This document shows, one piece after another, positions 58,971-64,000 of a DNA stretch of 64,000 nt. The notes beneath the pieces are model-generated. The model was not told the origin of the DNA and searched no databases. It saw only the letters and a program-made list of their open reading frames with translations. The translations under genes were made by a program, and so were the position numbers. The stretch is from Selaginella moellendorffii (taxonomy: Eukaryota; Plantae; Lycopodiophyta): assembly GCF_000143415.4 (NCBI RefSeq), contig NW_003314315.1:310001-374000 (forward strand), written 5' to 3'. How positions within the stretch are numbered: position 1 is the first letter of the stretch; each line of letters begins with the position of its first letter.

Positions 58971-61376
58971 TTGATTAAGCCGAATATTCTCGCTCTGGCA
59001 AGACATGGCCTTGGCCTCGTTGCCGATTTCGCCAACGCGATCAAGAGCTGCAAGGATCTCCACAAATGCCAGCTTCTCCACAGCAAGATCCTCTCCGGCC
59101 CCTGCAATCACGACCGATACCTCTCCAATCTCCTCATCGACACGTATGGGAAGCTGGGCAGCATCGAGAGCGCTCGCGCCGTCTTCCACGCGATGGGCGA
59201 TCCCAATCACTTCTCCTGGAACATCTTACTGGGCGCATTCGCCCAGAATGCCCACATCGACGACGCGAAGACCACTTTCGATCGCATGCCGCAGTGGGAT
59301 CTCGTCTCGTGGAACGCGCTAATCTCCGCATTTGCCCATCACGGGCATTCGGAGGAGGCCAAGGCGATGTTCCTGGCGATGGAGAATCGCGACGTCGTAT
59401 CGTGGAGCTCCGTGATCAAAGCCTACGCGCAGTCGGGACTCGTCGATCAGGCCTCGCAAGTCATGGATCGCATTCCCAAGTGGGACGTCCAATCCATCAC
59501 CGGCATGGTCGCAGCATTTGCCCAGAACGGGCACCTTGACGCTGCGAGCGCGATGTTCGATCGAATGGAAGAACGCAACGTCGTCGTGTGGACAGCGCTC
59601 ATCACCGGCCTCTCGCTGAGTTACCAGATCGAAGAGGCGGAGACAATCTTTAGATTGATCCCCGGGAGGGACGTGATCGCGTGGAACGCGATGATCACGG
59701 CGTATAGCCAAAATGGCGACCCCCACACGGCCAAGCTCCTCTTCGACGTAATGCCAGAGCGCAACGTGGTGACGTGGACGACCCTGATTGTCGTGCTGGC
59801 AGACCACGGTGACCTGTGCGACGGACGCGGTACCTACCTGCGGATGCCGCACGTCAACGTAGTAGCGTCCAATGCGATGATCCAGGCCAACGCCCACCAC
59901 GGTGAGCACGACGCGGCAAAAGGAATCTTTGACGGGATGCGAGAGTGGGACTTTGTCTCCTGGAACTGTCTCCTCACGCTCTACACGGAGGCAGGGAACC
60001 TCGCTGACGTGGAGGGCGTCTTCCACGCCATGCCCGACCGGGATGACGTGTCGCGCAACGCAATGCTTGCGGCGTATGTCCGCTGGGGCCACCTGGACAG
60101 CGCCACGTGCCTGTTTGACGCGATGCCACGTCGCGGGATCGTGTGCTGGAACACCATGGTCACCGCGCACGCCAATGCGGGCGTCACCGCGCGGGCGAAG
60201 TGGCTTTACGACACCATGCCGCAGTGGAATATCCTTTCGGTCACCGCGATGCTCACCGCGTACTCTAACCGGGCGTTTGTAGAAGATGCCGAGGATCTCT
60301 TCATGCGGCTGCCGCAGCGCACCGCGGTAGCGTGCAACATTATGATCATGATGTACAGCGAACAGGAGGATCTAGAATCAGCTGTCGGCATATTTTCTAA
60401 GATGCCACAGCACGATCTTATCTCGTGGAACGCGCTTGTTTCAGCATATGCCGCAAATGGGCATCCGCTGCAAGCGAGAGTTTCTCTCGATTCCATGCCC
60501 AAGAGAGACGTGGTATCGTGGACGACAGTCGTGGCTGGATACACCCAAACTGGTGATATCGACAAGGCCATCTCCACCATGAATCGGATGCCAATGTGGG
60601 ATCTCGTGACCTGGAACGTGATGATCTCGGCGTACGCAGGGATTGGAAACTGTGTCATAGCAAAGAAAATGTTTGATGACAAGCAGCAGCGGAATCTCAT
60701 CTCCTGGAATGGACTGATCGCGGCCTACGCCCAAACCGGAAACTTGGCACTCGCGGTAGCCAGCTTCCACAAGATGCCCGAATGGGACTCCATCTCGTGG
60801 ATCGGGCTCATCGTGGCCTACGCCCAATGCGGCCACGTATCCGACGCCTGTGCGATGTTCGAGGATATCCCTTCCCGCGGGACGCTGGCGTTCTCCGCGA
60901 TCCTGGGGGCATATGCCCACACTGGGCACCACAGCGAGGCCGGGGAGGTCTTCCGGGCAATGCAGCTCGAGGGCGTACGTCCAACCAAGGTTTCGTACAT
61001 GGCGCTTCTCACAGGTTTCAGCTATGGCGGGATGCTGGACGAGTGCCGAGAGGCCTTCGTAGGGATGCTGTCGGCAGGGATCTCTCCGGCGATCCAGCAC
61101 TTTCGCAGCGTTGTCGACGTTATCGGGCGAGCAAGGGACCCGGGGGATGCGGAAGAACTGATCAGAACGATGCCGTACGTGGCGGACTCGGTGGTGTGGA
61201 CGTCGCTGCTCGGGGCGTGTCGCATGCACGGGGATCTGGAGAGAGCGGCGCTGGCGGCAAGAAAGGTGACGGAGCTTGAGCCCGACATCTCGGTTCCGTA
61301 TGTGCTGCTGGCCGAGATGATCAAGAGCGAGGGTGGCAGCGACAGTGACGAGCTCGCGAAAGGTATAGATTCATGA
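58971..61376 (+). CDS. PLS-class PPR protein (S-motif rich) with E domain
   Basis: About 20 tandem ~31-aa motifs; VVWTSLLGACRMHGD..EPDISVPYVLL; true start unresolved. Confidence 0.9.
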   Translation: MIKPNILALARHGLGLVADFANAIKSCKDLHKCQLLHSKILSGPCNHDRYLSNLLIDTYGKLGSIESARAVFHAMGDPNHFSWNILLGAFAQNAHIDDAKTTFDRMPQWDLVSWNALISAFAHHGHSEEAKAMFLAMENRDVVSWSSVIKAYAQSGLVDQASQVMDRIPKWDVQSITGMVAAFAQNGHLDAASAMFDRMEERNVVVWTALITGLSLSYQIEEAETIFRLIPGRDVIAWNAMITAYSQNGDPHTAKLLFDVMPERNVVTWTTLIVVLADHGDLCDGRGTYLRMPHVNVVASNAMIQANAHHGEHDAAKGIFDGMREWDFVSWNCLLTLYTEAGNLADVEGVFHAMPDRDDVSRNAMLAAYVRWGHLDSATCLFDAMPRRGIVCWNTMVTAHANAGVTARAKWLYDTMPQWNILSVTAMLTAYSNRAFVEDAEDLFMRLPQRTAVACNIMIMMYSEQEDLESAVGIFSKMPQHDLISWNALVSAYAANGHPLQARVSLDSMPKRDVVSWTTVVAGYTQTGDIDKAISTMNRMPMWDLVTWNVMISAYAGIGNCVIAKKMFDDKQQRNLISWNGLIAAYAQTGNLALAVASFHKMPEWDSISWIGLIVAYAQCGHVSDACAMFEDIPSRGTLAFSAILGAYAHTGHHSEAGEVFRAMQLEGVRPTKVSYMALLTGFSYGGMLDECREAFVGMLSAGISPAIQHFRSVVDVIGRARDPGDAEELIRTMPYVADSVVWTSLLGACRMHGDLERAALAARKVTELEPDISVPYVLLAEMIKSEGGSDSDELAKGIDS

Positions 61377-61581
61377 ACTCGCTTTCGTGCTTTCTTGCTT
61401 CCTTGTGTCCAAATGGTGGACTCCCAAGCTTGGAGCTTCGGTAAAGACAAAAGAGATCCCGAGACAAACCACGTCAAGTCAAGGGTGGGCGATTTTAGGA
61501 AATCGAGACGGACAGTGATCGCAATCTAGCTTGGCCAGCAATGGCAATAGCAAACGACAGTGATATCTAGCTGGGCCAGAA

Positions 61582-63366
61582 ATGGCAATAGCACGAAGAT
61601 CTCCACTGCTGCTAGCTTTGCTCTTGGCGATTTCCAGCTCCTCGCTTCTTCACGGCCATCACATCTCTAGCTGCCGTTGCCTCCACGGCGATCCAAATTG
61701 CTGGCCCCAGGATCGCGACTGGAAGATCTTCAATGCCTCAATCCAAGGCCGGCTCATCGCGGTCAAGCCCCCGGCATGGCCTTGCCACGATCCCCACTAC
61801 GACCATCATCTCTGCGAGCTCGCCACCGAGAATTGGAGCGATCCCGCCTGGAGATCCGACCAGCCGGGAGCGATGATGGCCGATAACTGGGAGATGGACG
61901 ACGCCCGCAACGAGAGCTGCTCCGTCCGCGACCCGAGGAGCTCGCGTTGCGAGCAAGGGTCAGTGCCGGTCTATGCGGTCAATGTTAGTCAAGTCTTCCA
62001 GGTGGAGCTTGCGGTGGCTTTCGCTAGCAAGCACAACCTTCTCCTTGTGGTAAAGAACACTGGTCACGACTACCTTGGAAGAAGCACTGCGAGGGGATCG
62101 CTCAGCATTTGGATGCATCACTTGCGGGAGCTGCGCTTTCACGGTGATCTTGGCTGTGATCAAGCAGAGCATTGCGACGATCGAGGGCTGGATCCAGCGG
62201 CGTATGTGACGATTGGAGCTGGAGTGACTTGGAACCAGCTCTACGAGGCCGCGCTGGAGCACAGGCACGATATTGTGGGAGCTTCGTGCCCGTGGGTTGG
62301 AGCTGCCGGTGGATTCGCACAAGGTGGCGGGCACAGCTTGCTCTCTCCAGTCTTTGGCCTCGCGGCGGACAATGTTGTGGAGCTCCAAGTTGTGACGGCT
62401 GATGGGAAGCGAAAGGTGGCGAGCGAGTGGCAAAACGAGGATCTCTTCTGGGCGCTCAGAGGTGGCGGCGGAGGTACGTTTGGAGTCGTGGTTTCACTCA
62501 CTTACAGAACGTATCCGGCTCTCGAGAACGCAATCTTTGCGAGCGTGAATGTGACTGCCAAAGATCGCCCCAGTTTTGAGACGCTTCTCGAGGAGTTTGC
62601 ACGGATGAATCCGGAGCTTTGGTCTGATGGCTGGTCTGGTTTCTTCAATGTCGGCAACTTTTCACTCTCCTTGAGATACGTGCTTCCAAACAAGACCCTG
62701 GCATTCGCTTGCTCCAGCTTGAATTTTCTCCTCGGCCTCCAGCACAACCGGATTCAAACCCACTATTCTCTCAAATCCTACGCATCCTTCTATGAGCTCA
62801 TTCAGCAAGCACTGTGCGGAAGCGATCCAAGCTGTCCCAACGTTGGCGGGCCGGCAGGGAATCCAGTTCTTCCAGCTTCACGTCTTATCCCAACTCAAGC
62901 TCTAAACTCTTTCCCAACCAAAGTCTCTAGAGCACTCGCGAAGATAGCTCTCGACTTCCAAGTTCCAATCGTGGGTGCCCTCGTCGCTGGTGGCCAAGTC
63001 TCTGTGCCTCGCGACAGCGCCGTGAATCCCGCCTGGAGAGATTCGCTGTGGCTCGTCATTGTTTCGGTGAGCGCCCCAAGATCACAGAGAAAAGAGGCAG
63101 CGACGCTGGTCTCGAGGGCCAACAAGGTGTTGATCGATATCACACCCGGATCTGGGAGCTACATGAACGAGGCCGACTACAACGAGCCACACTTCCAGAG
63201 ATCGTTCTTTGGAAGTCACTACAAGCGGCTCTACGAGATCAAGCAGCGCGTGGATCCGGGAGGGCTCTTTGTGTGCCATCACTGCGTAGGGAGCGAGGAC
63301 TGGACCCAGGATCTTAGATGCAAAACTCAGTCAAACAAGTCAATCAATGTCAACAAGATTGACTAA
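61582..63366 (+). CDS. Secreted FAD-linked oxidase, berberine-bridge-enzyme-like (fungal-type architecture)
   Basis: Signal peptide; VKNTGHDYLGRS, GGGHSLLSPVFGLAADN, DLFWALRGGGGGTFGVV, YMNEAD..YKRLYEIKQRVDPGGLF. Confidence 0.93.
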   Translation: MAIARRSPLLLALLLAISSSSLLHGHHISSCRCLHGDPNCWPQDRDWKIFNASIQGRLIAVKPPAWPCHDPHYDHHLCELATENWSDPAWRSDQPGAMMADNWEMDDARNESCSVRDPRSSRCEQGSVPVYAVNVSQVFQVELAVAFASKHNLLLVVKNTGHDYLGRSTARGSLSIWMHHLRELRFHGDLGCDQAEHCDDRGLDPAAYVTIGAGVTWNQLYEAALEHRHDIVGASCPWVGAAGGFAQGGGHSLLSPVFGLAADNVVELQVVTADGKRKVASEWQNEDLFWALRGGGGGTFGVVVSLTYRTYPALENAIFASVNVTAKDRPSFETLLEEFARMNPELWSDGWSGFFNVGNFSLSLRYVLPNKTLAFACSSLNFLLGLQHNRIQTHYSLKSYASFYELIQQALCGSDPSCPNVGGPAGNPVLPASRLIPTQALNSFPTKVSRALAKIALDFQVPIVGALVAGGQVSVPRDSAVNPAWRDSLWLVIVSVSAPRSQRKEAATLVSRANKVLIDITPGSGSYMNEADYNEPHFQRSFFGSHYKRLYEIKQRVDPGGLFVCHHCVGSEDWTQDLRCKTQSNKSINVNKID

Positions 63367-63389
63367 AAGTGACGTAATGCAACCATGAT

Positions 63390-63460
63390 GCGCAGCTGGT
63401 GTAGTGGTATCATAGTACCCTCCCACGGTACTGACCGGGGTTCGATTCCCCGGCTGCGCA
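63390..63460 (+). tRNA. tRNA-Gly(CCC)
   Basis: Acceptor GCGCAGC/GCTGCGC, anticodon arm GTACC-CTCCCAC-GGTAC, T loop GGTTCGATTCC, followed by a T-run. Confidence 0.96.
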
Positions 63461-63558
63461 ATTTTAATAAACACGTGGCTTTTGCCACGTGGATAAGTTT
63501 TTTTTTTTTGGACATGTCGCCACGTGTTTTACTTCCAAAGAATGTAGGGTTCTTGAGG

Positions 63559-64000
63559 ATGAGGGCGCTGCTTTCCCTGGTGCGCCCAGCCTGTGGTTTC
63601 GTTTCTCGAGCGATCTCTCCCTCTCGATCACGCTATGCCACTCATCAGATCTTCACTGCATCGGCCAGAAACCAGCCATGGGGATTCCGTGGATTCACAT
63701 CGTCGAGGGTTCTGGGCACGGTGTACGAGGACGTGAGGAGGGAGCTACGGTGGAAGAAGCGCAAGAAGCTCATCAGATTGGGGCTCAAGAAGAGGAAGAG
63801 GAAGAAGAAGCGCAGGGGGAAGGGGATCTGGGCGGAGCCTTGCAAGGCGGAGCAAGAGCGGCAGAAGGATCACTCGCGCTGCATCATCGCGCCCTACGCC
63901 GACGCGCAGATGTGGCCCAGGATGAGCTGCGAGCGCGACCGCCGGCACGTCCTCAAGGCCTTGAACACTACGCTTGTCCACTTCGGCCAGCTCAATAGCA
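63559..64000 (+). CDS. 5' part of an organelle-targeted protein, probably another PPR (runs off the window)
   Basis: Open frame MRALLSLVRPACGFVSRAISPSRSR... (Arg/Ser-rich presequence), then a Lys/Arg-rich tract and LNTTLVHFGQLNS resembling a first PPR motif. Confidence 0.6.
   Translation, partial: MRALLSLVRPACGFVSRAISPSRSRYATHQIFTASARNQPWGFRGFTSSRVLGTVYEDVRRELRWKKRKKLIRLGLKKRKRKKKRRGKGIWAEPCKAEQERQKDHSRCIIAPYADAQMWPRMSCERDRRHVLKALNTTLVHFGQLNS

Noticed and set aside
63489-63998. Listed 169-aa ORF
   Set aside because: The other frame starting at ATG 63559 has a presequence-like N-terminus and stays open to the window end

Overview
Gene-dense, intron-containing land-plant nuclear DNA. The very short introns (about 45-80 nt), intronless PLS-class PPR genes rich in short motifs and compact intergenic spaces suggest a lycophyte such as Selaginella (inference). 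Recognisable genes, left to right: TPR/SET-domain gene (frameshifted), a divergent alanyl-tRNA synthetase with an in-frame stop, PPR, MTP5-like CDF transporter, MSI1, DUF1218/Fb34, small thaumatin-like protein, AAR2, RING-CH E3 ligase, RPS5, ALWAYS EARLY/LIN9, PPR, HOP/STI1, GRAS factor, PPR, a fungal-type BBE-like FAD oxidase, tRNA-Gly(CCC) and a 3'-truncated ORF. Hidden under the gene track are two tandem segmental duplications whose junctions can be read at base resolution: a four-copy MTP5-to-MSI1 array and a two-copy Fb34-to-ALY-promoter block with reciprocal pseudogenisation. The dead copies are eroded by many short deletions and one inversion. There is also a hAT element (TIRs and TSD visible) carrying a nested degenerate LTR retrotransposon, a LINE fragment and a Gypsy relic with an inverted RT segment. 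Exon structures and remnant boundaries were read by eye and are approximate. No database searches were run.
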